The translations under genes were made by a program, and so were the position numbers. Positions 53,507 to 62,998 of a stretch of DNA of 64,000 bases are shown piece after piece. Numbering within the stretch: the stretch's first letter is position 1; every line of letters begins with the position of its first letter. Source of the stretch: a virus; IMG/VR virus record IMGVR_UViG_3300042453_002354, positions 32,001 to 96,000 of that record; one strand, 5' to 3'. Under the pieces are notes generated by a model that searched no databases, was not told where the DNA came from, and was given only the letters and a program-made list of their open reading frames with translations.

Positions 53507-56065
53507 TTAAGATTTCAATAACTCAATTTCTTTTTTTAAAGATTCAACTTCTTTTATCAATTTTTGAATAAGTGACAAATTTAAAACTGATAAAGTTCCG
53601 TAGTTTACGCCGCCTGGTATTCTTTCCGCACCTTCTAATGTTGTAATACTACCATCTTCGTTTTGTATTAAATCCTCTTGTTTATATTCCCAATTCACTA
53701 GACGAGGTTCAATCTCTGCAACTTCTTCTGCTATTAATCCATAGTACGACCATTCGGCAGGATTTTCTAAAGGATCAGATTTTTTCGACCGAAACCAAAC
53801 AGGACGTAAACCTAAAATTGCATCACGATGTAAATCGTCTATATCTTCAACGTCTTTTTTATATCGAATAGAAGATGATGATCTAAATAATCTACCAGTA
53901 GATCCGGAAATGAATACGTTGGCCGCTCCCGCATTCGTATTATCACGAATGGAATTGGAAAGGAATTGTAAATCTGCTCCCGAGACTTGTGTTCTAAATA
54001 TTTCACTTCCACCTACAGAGAATACTGTTGCGGTACTAGTGGAGTTCACGGAACTAGTTGTTACATTTCCTGTTATATTTCCTGAAAAGGTTGCGGTTAT
54101 AGTTCCTGCACTAAAACTACCACCAGAATCTCTTGATACAATAGTGCTTCCTATATTTGAGGGACTTTGGTCTAACCCATCCAATAAATCCGCATTCAGT
54201 CCGCTACCAGATCCATCATTTCCTGCGTGCCATACCTTATTCCAAGCCGTAGAACCGCTTCCGGCGGTCGCTCTATAATATAATGCATTGCTATCATTAA
54301 AATTACAAGCAAATTGCATTGAGTAGTAATTTCCGGCATTACTGTGTGTACTAGCAAGTAAATGATACCAACCATTTGTCGTTTCTGGCCATCCCTCAGC
54401 AGTTGTTGCGGTACTAGTTTCCCAAAATCCAGAATTGACTCTGGTCGTTATGTTATCTGCCGTGCTGGATGAAGCGGCAGTATTCAAATACGTAGCAGTG
54501 GTTGCACCGCTTGCAGTTCCTGTTAAATTTGCCGTTATAGTTCCAGCACTAAAATTACCAGAAGAGTCTCTTGAGACAACAGTACTTCCGGTGTTTGCAG
54601 AAGTTGCGCTTAATCCGTCCAATAAATCAGCATTCAAATTTGTTACTAAGGTCGTGGAAGAAACCGATAGTGGCGCTGTGCCGGTTGCTACGGTTGAAAT
54701 TAATTGACTTGACGATCTTATAGATCCAGATACATCTAATTTTGTACCTGGACTTGCAGTTCCTATTCCGACATCACCACTTGATGTAATTCTCATGCGC
54801 TCGACATTATTGTTTCCAATGATAAAATCGGAATTTTCGTGATTCCAGAGATAAGCAACTGCACTAGCATTAATTCCAATAACCAAACCATCGCCGGTGG
54901 TCGTTCCAGTATTTGTATTTTGGAATGACGCAAACGCTTCATTTGCGGTCGTATTACGAAATCTCGCTCTAAACGTTGTTGAACCCGAGGTTACATCGAG
55001 CACATCTAGCGGTGAGGCTGTTCCTATACCAACATTACCGCTTGAGTTTATTCTGAATCTTTCTACACGAGTTGTAGAAGCACTAGGTGTGGTCGAAATT
55101 GCAAAAAATGTAGGATGACTAGTGGCGGTCGGCGTCGATTCTACGCCAATACTAATAGAAGCAGTATTTATAAATGTCGTTCCATTGCTAGTTGTGCCTG
55201 CCACTATGTTTAGAGGATTTGTTGAAGTTGTCGTTGCAGATGGACTTGCTTCAGTGCCGCCGGCCGCTTGCAGACCAACGCTACAAGATCCTCCGTAACT
55301 TCTTCCGAGTAGAGCAGTATTGATCGTTTCGCCTGATCGTATTACTATGGTTTGTGCAGCATTCGATACAGTATTTGAAGTATTTAAACAAGCGGTACCA
55401 TCAGAATTTATGCGGAATCTTTCAGTATTATTAGTTCTTAAACTAATTGCAGACGCATCTTGTCCAAGTAATGTTAAATCTCCTGTACCTCGGTGTTGTA
55501 TATAACTGCTACCGTTTGCTCCTCCATCTCTTGATAATCTCATTCCAAAATCGGTGTAAGTGGTATCACCTACGAAATCAATATAACTCTGTCCACTTCC
55601 CGTTCTACCATTTCCGATTTGTATTAAACAAGACTGTGTACTTGTGTTCGTATTTCCAACGTATAATTGTGCTCCTGCACCAGTCAGGTTAAGGGTTCCT
55701 GCAAATGTTGCCGCACCTGCATTGCTAATATTCCAATTGTTTGAGTTGGTCTGTGAAATGGAATATACATTAGTTATTGATTGATCGCCAAGACTTAATC
55801 CGGTTCCAAAAACGACTTGATCGCTTGAGTTCAGTCCTATCAAATTTACATTACCTGTATTTGCCGCATTTCTTGCCGTGATCGATTGATTATTCGGTAT
55901 TCTTAAATAACCAGACGATGCCGGACTTGGACCTAATGCAAGTCCACCGCCAATAGTTACTGAACCATCTGAAGATGATATTGTTAATCTATCCGTGCCT
56001 CCGGTCCTCAATGCTAAATCTTGTCCAGATGCGGTTGTTAAATTTTTAACTGTTAATGTAGCCAT
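53507..56065 (-). CDS. Tail fiber with C-terminal intramolecular chaperone (peptidase S74)
   Basis: ER(F/M)RI.S.G.VGIGT repeats, NLNADLLDG, SSIRYKKDV..LRPV..YGLIAEEV..VNY plus coiled coil. Confidence 0.88.
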   Translation of the reverse strand: MATLTVKNLTTASGQDLALRTGGTDRLTISSSDGSVTIGGGLALGPSPASSGYLRIPNNQSITARNAANTGNVNLIGLNSSDQVVFGTGLSLGDQSITNVYSISQTNSNNWNISNAGAATFAGTLNLTGAGAQLYVGNTNTSTQSCLIQIGNGRTGSGQSYIDFVGDTTYTDFGMRLSRDGGANGSSYIQHRGTGDLTLLGQDASAISLRTNNTERFRINSDGTACLNTSNTVSNAAQTIVIRSGETINTALLGRSYGGSCSVGLQAAGGTEASPSATTTSTNPLNIVAGTTSNGTTFINTASISIGVESTPTATSHPTFFAISTTPSASTTRVERFRINSSGNVGIGTASPLDVLDVTSGSTTFRARFRNTTANEAFASFQNTNTGTTTGDGLVIGINASAVAYLWNHENSDFIIGNNNVERMRITSSGDVGIGTASPGTKLDVSGSIRSSSQLISTVATGTAPLSVSSTTLVTNLNADLLDGLSATSANTGSTVVSRDSSGNFSAGTITANLTGTASGATTATYLNTAASSSTADNITTRVNSGFWETSTATTAEGWPETTNGWYHLLASTHSNAGNYYSMQFACNFNDSNALYYRATAGSGSTAWNKVWHAGNDGSGSGLNADLLDGLDQSPSNIGSTIVSRDSGGSFSAGTITATFSGNITGNVTTSSVNSTSTATVFSVGGSEIFRTQVSGADLQFLSNSIRDNTNAGAANVFISGSTGRLFRSSSSIRYKKDVEDIDDLHRDAILGLRPVWFRSKKSDPLENPAEWSYYGLIAEEVAEIEPRLVNWEYKQEDLIQNEDGSITTLEGAERIPGGVNYGTLSVLNLSLIQKLIKEVESLKKEIELLKS

Positions 56066-56099
56066 TTTTATTTTTACCTATTTAAAATTTAATTTCCTA

Positions 56100-58565
56100 T
56101 TAACTTATAAGAGCATAATTTACAAAGGCTCTCCAATTCACAGTCTGTGAGGCCGCACCAGTCACTCGGATTCTAACATCATTTGTGGAAACATCTACGG
56201 TAAAATCATATCCAGAACTTCCATAAGATTCAATCTCCTTGATTGTTCCTCCAAAATCTGCTGCTAACGTTGCTGCACCGGCATTATTTCTATAAACCAA
56301 AAATCTTAATTTTCCACCTACGCCCATAGCAGTTGTACTACTTCTCCTACCAACAACGTCAACATCAAATGAATATGTCGTATTATCTGCAAGAGTGAGT
56401 GTATACAAATTAGTTTGTGTTGCATCGGTAGTTGTGACGTTTGCAGATGTTCGTACAGTACCAGTAGGATCGCTAGAACCACCAGAAGCCGCTTTCCATA
56501 CTGCATTTCCGGTCGAAGTATCTTTTGTCAATACGTGTTCATTAGTAGCAGAAGATACGGCAGTCAGTGCATTAATGGCAGCTTGTGCAGTTGTTTGTCC
56601 TGTACCGCCGTTTGCTACCGGTAGAGTTCCCGTGACACCGCTTGATAATGGTAGACCTGTACAGTTTGTTAATGTACCGGAAGTTGGCGTACCAAGTAAT
56701 GGCGTTACTAGAGTTGGTGAAGTTGCAAATACCAAAGAGCCAGATCCGGTTTCGTCAGAAATGACACCAGCTAGTTCTGCTGAAGTTGTTGCTGCAAATG
56801 CATTTAGTTTATTGGATGTTGTAGTTAATGTACCGGATGTGGGTAATGTTACATTTGTCGCTGCGGTGGTAGTTAAAGTCAACGCAAAGTTGCCTGAGGT
56901 TGTTAAATTGTTAGCCAGAGTTAAATCGCCGGATAAACTTAATGTTCTATTTGCATCGTTGACGTTCAGACTGAGTGTTCTTGCTGCCGTTAGGTTTGCG
57001 CTATTTGTAATTCCCAAGTAATGAGAAGGCGTTGAATCGTCATACAAAAAGATATCACCAAAATATCCACTTTGTGTCGATGTGTTACTATTTGATAGTG
57101 CATCTGTAATGCCATAACCACTTATTGTAGTAGGTTTGGAAGCTATATTCGCAAAGGTGTATCCTGTACAGTTTGTTAATGTACCGGAAGTTGGCGTACC
57201 AAGTAATGGAGTCACTAAAGTAGGAGAAGTTGCAAATACTAAAGATCCAGATCCAGTTTCATCAGTGATTGCCGATCTTAGATTAGCACTTGTATCACTA
57301 ATTCCGTAACCGCTAAATGTTGTAGGATTTGTTCCTGATGTGACCCTTCCTTTAACATCTACGGTCACAGATCTATATGTTCCAGCAGTTGCGCCAGAAT
57401 TTGCTAAAGTCAATGAGGAAGATACATCAGCAGAACCATCAAAAGAAACTGACCAAGTTGCATCACCAGTTGCAGAAATACTTCTTGCAGTGGCAAGTTT
57501 TGTAGCAGTGTCGGAATTACCAGCAACAGGACTAATTTCTATATAAGCCGAACCTGACCATCTATAAATTTTATTTGTATCTAAAGCAACATAAATTTTT
57601 GCAGTTTCTCCGCTAACTGGAAATCCAGCAAGATTTGCATATTCGAGAACATCATCCACAAAACTAGGAAGCTGTGATGAAGGAACCAATCCCGAAGCAT
57701 TTAGTGTAGCAACGCCATTTACTGCACCCTTTTCGGATGATGCTACAGCATCGGTAATTCCGTAACCACTTAACGTTGTGGGTTTTGAAGATATGTTTGC
57801 AAAAGTATAACCAGTACAATTTGTTAATGTACCAGAAGTTGGAGTTCCTAAAATTGGCGTTACTAAGGTTGGTGAAGTTGCAAATACCAAAGAGCCAGAT
57901 CCCGTCTCATCAGTGATTGCTGATGCAAGGTTTGCGCTTGTATCACTAATTCCGTAACCGCTGAATGTAGTGGGATTAGTACCGCTGGTTACACGACCCT
58001 TAGCGTCTACAGTCACAGATCTATATGTTCCAGCAGTTGCGCCAGAATTTGCAAGCGTTAGTGAGCTTGATGCATTTGCCGAACCATCAAAAGAAACTGA
58101 CCACGTGGCATCGCCAGTTACAGAAATATCTCTTGCTGTTGCCAATTTGGTAGAAGTTGCTGAGTTTCCGTCTATACTACCTGAAATTGTGCTTGAAAAT
58201 GTTTTTGTTCCTGCTATTGTTTGCGTGCCAGTAGTTATTAATCCTCTATTGCTGGATGATGCATCTGGTATGTTAAATGTATGTGTGCTTGTCGAGGATG
58301 AAATATTAAAATCTGTTCCAGATGTTCCTGTCGCAAATGTTTGTGTCGATGCGGTTAAACTATTGAGTGATGTTATACCACCCTCAACTGAGGATGAAAT
58401 GGTAACATCACCAGTTCCCGTATCGATACCAGTTGATGACAGTGTTATGCCAGTACCAGCAATCAATCGCTTAACTACAGCTTGGCCAGAAACAGTATCG
58501 TTTAGATCACTTCTTTTTACTTCTTGATCTTTAATTTGTATAGATTTAATTTCTGTTCTGGACAT
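56100..58565 (-). CDS. Tail fiber protein with internal duplications
   Basis: ATKLATAR.I, VTVD.KGRVT, PTTLSGYGITDA, DETGSGSLVFATSPTLVTP repeats. Confidence 0.85.
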   Translation of the reverse strand: MSRTEIKSIQIKDQEVKRSDLNDTVSGQAVVKRLIAGTGITLSSTGIDTGTGDVTISSSVEGGITSLNSLTASTQTFATGTSGTDFNISSSTSTHTFNIPDASSSNRGLITTGTQTIAGTKTFSSTISGSIDGNSATSTKLATARDISVTGDATWSVSFDGSANASSSLTLANSGATAGTYRSVTVDAKGRVTSGTNPTTFSGYGISDTSANLASAITDETGSGSLVFATSPTLVTPILGTPTSGTLTNCTGYTFANISSKPTTLSGYGITDAVASSEKGAVNGVATLNASGLVPSSQLPSFVDDVLEYANLAGFPVSGETAKIYVALDTNKIYRWSGSAYIEISPVAGNSDTATKLATARSISATGDATWSVSFDGSADVSSSLTLANSGATAGTYRSVTVDVKGRVTSGTNPTTFSGYGISDTSANLRSAITDETGSGSLVFATSPTLVTPLLGTPTSGTLTNCTGYTFANIASKPTTISGYGITDALSNSNTSTQSGYFGDIFLYDDSTPSHYLGITNSANLTAARTLSLNVNDANRTLSLSGDLTLANNLTTSGNFALTLTTTAATNVTLPTSGTLTTTSNKLNAFAATTSAELAGVISDETGSGSLVFATSPTLVTPLLGTPTSGTLTNCTGLPLSSGVTGTLPVANGGTGQTTAQAAINALTAVSSATNEHVLTKDTSTGNAVWKAASGGSSDPTGTVRTSANVTTTDATQTNLYTLTLADNTTYSFDVDVVGRRSSTTAMGVGGKLRFLVYRNNAGAATLAADFGGTIKEIESYGSSGYDFTVDVSTNDVRIRVTGAASQTVNWRAFVNYALIS

Positions 58566-58599
58566 ATTAAAATCCTTTGATAAGATTTGTTTTTATTAT

Positions 58600-61500
58600 T
58601 TATGATTCTAGAATCTCGATTCTTTCTTTCAATTTTTGTATTTCTTCTAATGCACTTTGTAGTGCTTTTGTTGAATTGCTGGCAATTTCCGACAACTCTT
58701 GTATGGATTTAATTATAGGCGATATGAATTCGTGATACCTCAACGATTGCTGTGAGTTAGGATCATCTTTATCGGATAATATCCAACCGGCAAAATCCTC
58801 ACCATTTTTACCAATCTGTTCTAATACTTCTTTTACTTCTTGTGCTATTAGTCCATAGTGTGTTCTTGTACCACTTTTTGGTGTTATCGTTTTGATTATT
58901 TTTCTATTTTCATCTAACAAAGGTTCACCGTTCTCATCTTTTTGTACATTAACTTCATTATAACCTACTTTCCATTTATAACTAACTGGTCTTAGTGCAT
59001 TTATAAAATTTAAACCAAGAGGGGAGTTTTCTATAGTATGCTTCGTTCTCACATCAGAAGTGTTAATTGTACCATCAACAGACCAGACCTCCTGCCAGCG
59101 ATAGTCATCATTACCTAATAAATGTGAATTATCCAGTTGTGGGAGTACGTTACCAGCAGGTGAAATCCAAAGTCCTTTGACTTGACTTGTATTTGTAATA
59201 TAAATTTCACCGTTTCGTGCATATTCATACACACCTCTTATCGTTGGTGTGATTCCGAAACTGTCCGTGGGTATTACCAATTCATTAGCCCAAAGATCAA
59301 AGGACCATGTAACACCGGCATCTGGACCTACAAATCTTATAGGGCCTTCTCCATTCTGGAAAATTTTTAAATTGCCGTTTATACCAGGTTCTCTTATTAT
59401 TCTTGCATCAAAATCGGTGCTGTCTTGCGAATGAAAATCTATATAACTATTTCTATCACCAGTTCCTATTGAATTTATTTCAATTCCGCCGGCGCCAGTT
59501 AGTATTGTACCTGCGGTTATAGTTCCAGCACTAAAATTACCAGAAGCATCTCTTCTGACTATAGTATTTCCAACATTACTCGCTGTTCCTAATAAGGAAT
59601 CATTTCCTGAATGCCATATTCTATTCCAAGACTTATTTCCATCATCAGTCGTCGCTCTATAAAACAATGAATTGCTATCATAAAAACTACCAGCAAATTG
59701 CATTGAGTAATAATTTGAGGTAGTACTATGCGTACTGCACAATAGATGATACCAAGCATTTGTCGTTTCTGGCCATCCTTCGGCGATTGTTGCGGTACTA
59801 GTTTCCCAAAATCCGGAATTGACTCTATTGGTTATATTATCTGCCGTGCTTGATGAAAAGGCAGTATTTAAATATGTAGCAGTGGTTGCACTGGTGGCAT
59901 TTCCAAAAAATTGGTTTGCTGTAACATCTCCCGCAACGTGTAACGAGGTACTTGGAGTATTCGTGCCAATTCCAATATTACCGCCTGATGTAATTCTCAT
60001 TCTTTCGGTGGCATTTGTGCTAAAGGTTAAATTTGCCGCCGCCGATGTCCGAATGTCTAATGTTCCCGTTCCCGAGTGTGATATTTCGCCAGTACCATTT
60101 AATCCTCCGTTGCGAGTCATTCGCAAAGTGCCGCCGCCGGAGGATGCACCAACAAGTGAAATTTGTGAAATACCGCTTCCGCTGCGACCATTTCCGACTT
60201 GAATGGAACACGTTTCAGTGCTAGTTGCGAAATCGCCAACCTTTAAAGTTGCGGCTGCGGGACGGATCATAACCACACCGTCGGCATCTATTCGCATTCT
60301 CTCTGTATTGTTTGTATGGAGTGCAAAATATCCGTTTTGTTGGTTTGAAAAGATGACGTTACTTCCATCTGCATTAGAGATATAAGCAGATCGAAATCCA
60401 CCACCTCCACTAGTTCCAAGATCTACACTAAATTCCGGTCTAGCCGCAAGATCGCCAATTCGCACAGATCCTATAACGTCCAGTGGATAGAGAGGATTAT
60501 TTGTTCCAATGCCGATCAACCCCATAGATGTAATTCTCATTCTTTCGGTACCGGCTCCGTAGTTTCCGCTCCAAAACTGTAACGCTCCGGTAGACTCGGC
60601 AGTTATATGAAAGTTATTTGAAGAAGTCGAACTACTTCCGATCTGAAGACTACTAGCAACATCAAGATTAGCATACGGAGATGTTGTGCCTATACCCACT
60701 TTACCAGTAGACGTAATTCTCATTCTCTCAGACAATCCAGTTACTATAACAATAGGAGCTGCATCTTGCGTTTGCAATAATAAAGATCCAGTGCCTCTAT
60801 GTGAAAGAACGGAATCGGCATTAGCACCACTAGCTTCTCTAGAAATTCTTAAACCAAAATCGGAATAGGTAGTATCACCTATGAAATCAATATAACTTTG
60901 TCCACTCCCTGTTCTACCATTTCCGATTTGTATTAAACAAGACTGTGTACTTGTATTTGAGTTTCCGACATAAAATTCGGCGCCTTGTTTACTTACTGTA
61001 ACGTTACCATCTGAACCTATTCTAAATCTTTCAGTAAATCCTGTACCAGTTTTAATTACGAGATTATCCGATGTTCCTATTGTTCTAATGGAATTTGTGA
61101 TGACATCGCCAGAAGATGAAAATCCGCCTGAGTTTATAATTCCAGTGACATCAATATCAGTTCCCCAGAGTTTTCCTACTCTACTTCCCGATGCACCAAT
61201 GTCATAAGTTGAATTTGGTATAAATGCCGCATTTGTTCCATTTGCTATGCGCCATTGATAAGCACCGCCATTTGAACCAAGATATAATGATTGCCCAGTT
61301 CCAGAATTTAATTGATTTCCAAAAATTTGAGATAATGCATTAGTAGTAGCTCCGAAATTTTGACTATTGGCGGTAGAGGGTATTAAGTTTCCTCCGCTAT
61401 CTAGATTCCATTTTGTTGCGCCACCGGCTGCTAGAGCTAGTGTGGTATCTGAGGTAATCTTTCTAGAAAATGTTTCAGCTAGATTGAAACCAGAGCGTCC

Positions 61501-61851
61501 TATCTTTAATTGATTGTTGATCAGAGGTAATAAATCGCCAGATGAACCATTGACTCCTTCTATTTTCCAATAGTCAGTTCCTCGTGCTTTAAACTTTATA
61601 CTGGCATCGTGAGAAGAAACAAACGGTACATCGGTAAAAATTCCTAATCCAGAATCTGTATCAAATTCAATTCTGGAAAAACTAGCTTGGGTTGACGTAC
61701 CTTGTGATAGAAATAATTTTGAAGGTACTGTGGAATTTGTGCTATGTACGAAAACGCCTAGCGTTTCACTAGCAAGAACTGGCAATTCTTGTAATGATGG
61801 TGTCGTATCATCACTAACTACAAGTTTATTAATCCCTTTATTTCTGGACAT
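58600..61851 (-). CDS. Long tail fiber with C-terminal intramolecular chaperone (peptidase S74)
   Basis: ERMRITS.G.(V/I)GIGT repeats; TSDVRTKHTI..GLNFINALRPVSYKW..HYGLIAQEV..LRYHEFI; TATAAATA at 61886-61893. Confidence 0.9.
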   Translation of the reverse strand: MSRNKGINKLVVSDDTTPSLQELPVLASETLGVFVHSTNSTVPSKLFLSQGTSTQASFSRIEFDTDSGLGIFTDVPFVSSHDASIKFKARGTDYWKIEGVNGSSGDLLPLINNQLKIGRSGFNLAETFSRKITSDTTLALAAGGATKWNLDSGGNLIPSTANSQNFGATTNALSQIFGNQLNSGTGQSLYLGSNGGAYQWRIANGTNAAFIPNSTYDIGASGSRVGKLWGTDIDVTGIINSGGFSSSGDVITNSIRTIGTSDNLVIKTGTGFTERFRIGSDGNVTVSKQGAEFYVGNSNTSTQSCLIQIGNGRTGSGQSYIDFIGDTTYSDFGLRISREASGANADSVLSHRGTGSLLLQTQDAAPIVIVTGLSERMRITSTGKVGIGTTSPYANLDVASSLQIGSSSTSSNNFHITAESTGALQFWSGNYGAGTERMRITSMGLIGIGTNNPLYPLDVIGSVRIGDLAARPEFSVDLGTSGGGGFRSAYISNADGSNVIFSNQQNGYFALHTNNTERMRIDADGVVMIRPAAATLKVGDFATSTETCSIQVGNGRSGSGISQISLVGASSGGGTLRMTRNGGLNGTGEISHSGTGTLDIRTSAAANLTFSTNATERMRITSGGNIGIGTNTPSTSLHVAGDVTANQFFGNATSATTATYLNTAFSSSTADNITNRVNSGFWETSTATIAEGWPETTNAWYHLLCSTHSTTSNYYSMQFAGSFYDSNSLFYRATTDDGNKSWNRIWHSGNDSLLGTASNVGNTIVRRDASGNFSAGTITAGTILTGAGGIEINSIGTGDRNSYIDFHSQDSTDFDARIIREPGINGNLKIFQNGEGPIRFVGPDAGVTWSFDLWANELVIPTDSFGITPTIRGVYEYARNGEIYITNTSQVKGLWISPAGNVLPQLDNSHLLGNDDYRWQEVWSVDGTINTSDVRTKHTIENSPLGLNFINALRPVSYKWKVGYNEVNVQKDENGEPLLDENRKIIKTITPKSGTRTHYGLIAQEVKEVLEQIGKNGEDFAGWILSDKDDPNSQQSLRYHEFISPIIKSIQELSEIASNSTKALQSALEEIQKLKERIEILES

Positions 61852-61888
61852 AGTAATCCCTCTGCTACAATGTTATTTGCACTTCTAT

Positions 61889-62995
61889 TTATAGTGCGAC
61901 AGAAGTGATTGCCTGATATCTAATTGTAGCTGCCCAATGTACTGTGTTGGTTGGATGTCCAACTACCATTACTTGTACATTAGTTCCCGATACTTGTACG
62001 AATGCATTATAATCAGAACTGTCTGTGCCAGATATGTTTTGTTGTATACCAACTAAAGAGGTCGCAATTACATTCCTTTTGGCACCGCCTTTTATGTTTA
62101 TCCAACAATTTTCATCAGCACTTACATTCAATCCTACCATATCAACTTCAAACCAAATTGCTGAATTTGCAACACCAGATGGAACATTCGGTAATTCAAA
62201 GTTCCAAAGTATTGTTGGTGATGAATCGGTAGTCATTACCGCATTAGTTAAAATGTGATGACCAGATTGTGCAAATCCTGAATGTGTTTTTAATTCTATT
62301 TCGGAAGAATTGATATAAGTTATAGGATTATCCGCAACTAAATTTTTTACATATATTGCTTCGCATTTATTTGAAGGACTGCCTATGGTTATATTATTTG
62401 CTAGTTTATCTCCTGTTATACTAGCTGCATCCACTGTTTTGATATCAGATCTTTCTACTGCGTGTACATAAATGTCAACTATAGAAAGTCCACTTGGTGC
62501 TGAATTGAATATGATTGTATTCCCTACTTTAAGATCTGGCGAAACATTCAAAGTCCAATCATTTCCAAACTGTAAAGGTACTTTATTTAAAAATACCGTC
62601 ATACCTTCTTCTCTTAATAGTCCAAGATCAGGAGGTAAGAATCCTAAACTAGAAAGATCGAATGTTGTTGTACTTCCATTCAAAGTTGGTGCTTCTAATC
62701 GTATTCGTAAACAATAATTTCCCGAAACAGCAGGAACAGAAATTTCTCTACCCAAATAAACAATATAAATTCTTTCGCCGAGTAGTGGAGGATATGAAAA
62801 TGCAATTTTTCTTCCGCCTTCAATTAAACCATATGAAAAGTTTGGTTCTTGTACGACACCATCACTAATAACTAAAATGGAAGATGAATGTCCAACTTGA
62901 TATGTTAGTGTAAATTCAGTCGTAAGACCGTCTGGAGAAATAACTTGTTTCTCAAAAACTCCGTATGCTGCTCCCGAACCTAGATACTTTGCCAT
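61889..62995 (-). CDS. Structural adaptor with two shared-domain copies and a C-terminal domain related to that of ORF 56100
   Basis: DGLTTEFTL..ILVISDGVVQEP..Y..IAFSYPPLLGERIYIVYL; LNGSTTTFDL..VFLN..IIFNSAP; C-terminal TTDSSPT..FEVDMVG..TVHWAATI. Confidence 0.6.
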   Translation of the reverse strand: MAKYLGSGAAYGVFEKQVISPDGLTTEFTLTYQVGHSSSILVISDGVVQEPNFSYGLIEGGRKIAFSYPPLLGERIYIVYLGREISVPAVSGNYCLRIRLEAPTLNGSTTTFDLSSLGFLPPDLGLLREEGMTVFLNKVPLQFGNDWTLNVSPDLKVGNTIIFNSAPSGLSIVDIYVHAVERSDIKTVDAASITGDKLANNITIGSPSNKCEAIYVKNLVADNPITYINSSEIELKTHSGFAQSGHHILTNAVMTTDSSPTILWNFELPNVPSGVANSAIWFEVDMVGLNVSADENCWINIKGGAKRNVIATSLVGIQQNISGTDSSDYNAFVQVSGTNVQVMVVGHPTNTVHWAATIRYQAITSVAL

Positions 62996-62998
62996 ATT

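Noticed and set aside
56395-58527. Plus-strand ORFs of 208, 68 and 185 aa
   Set aside because: Antisense to a T/S/G-rich fiber gene whose codon bias suppresses reverse-frame stops.
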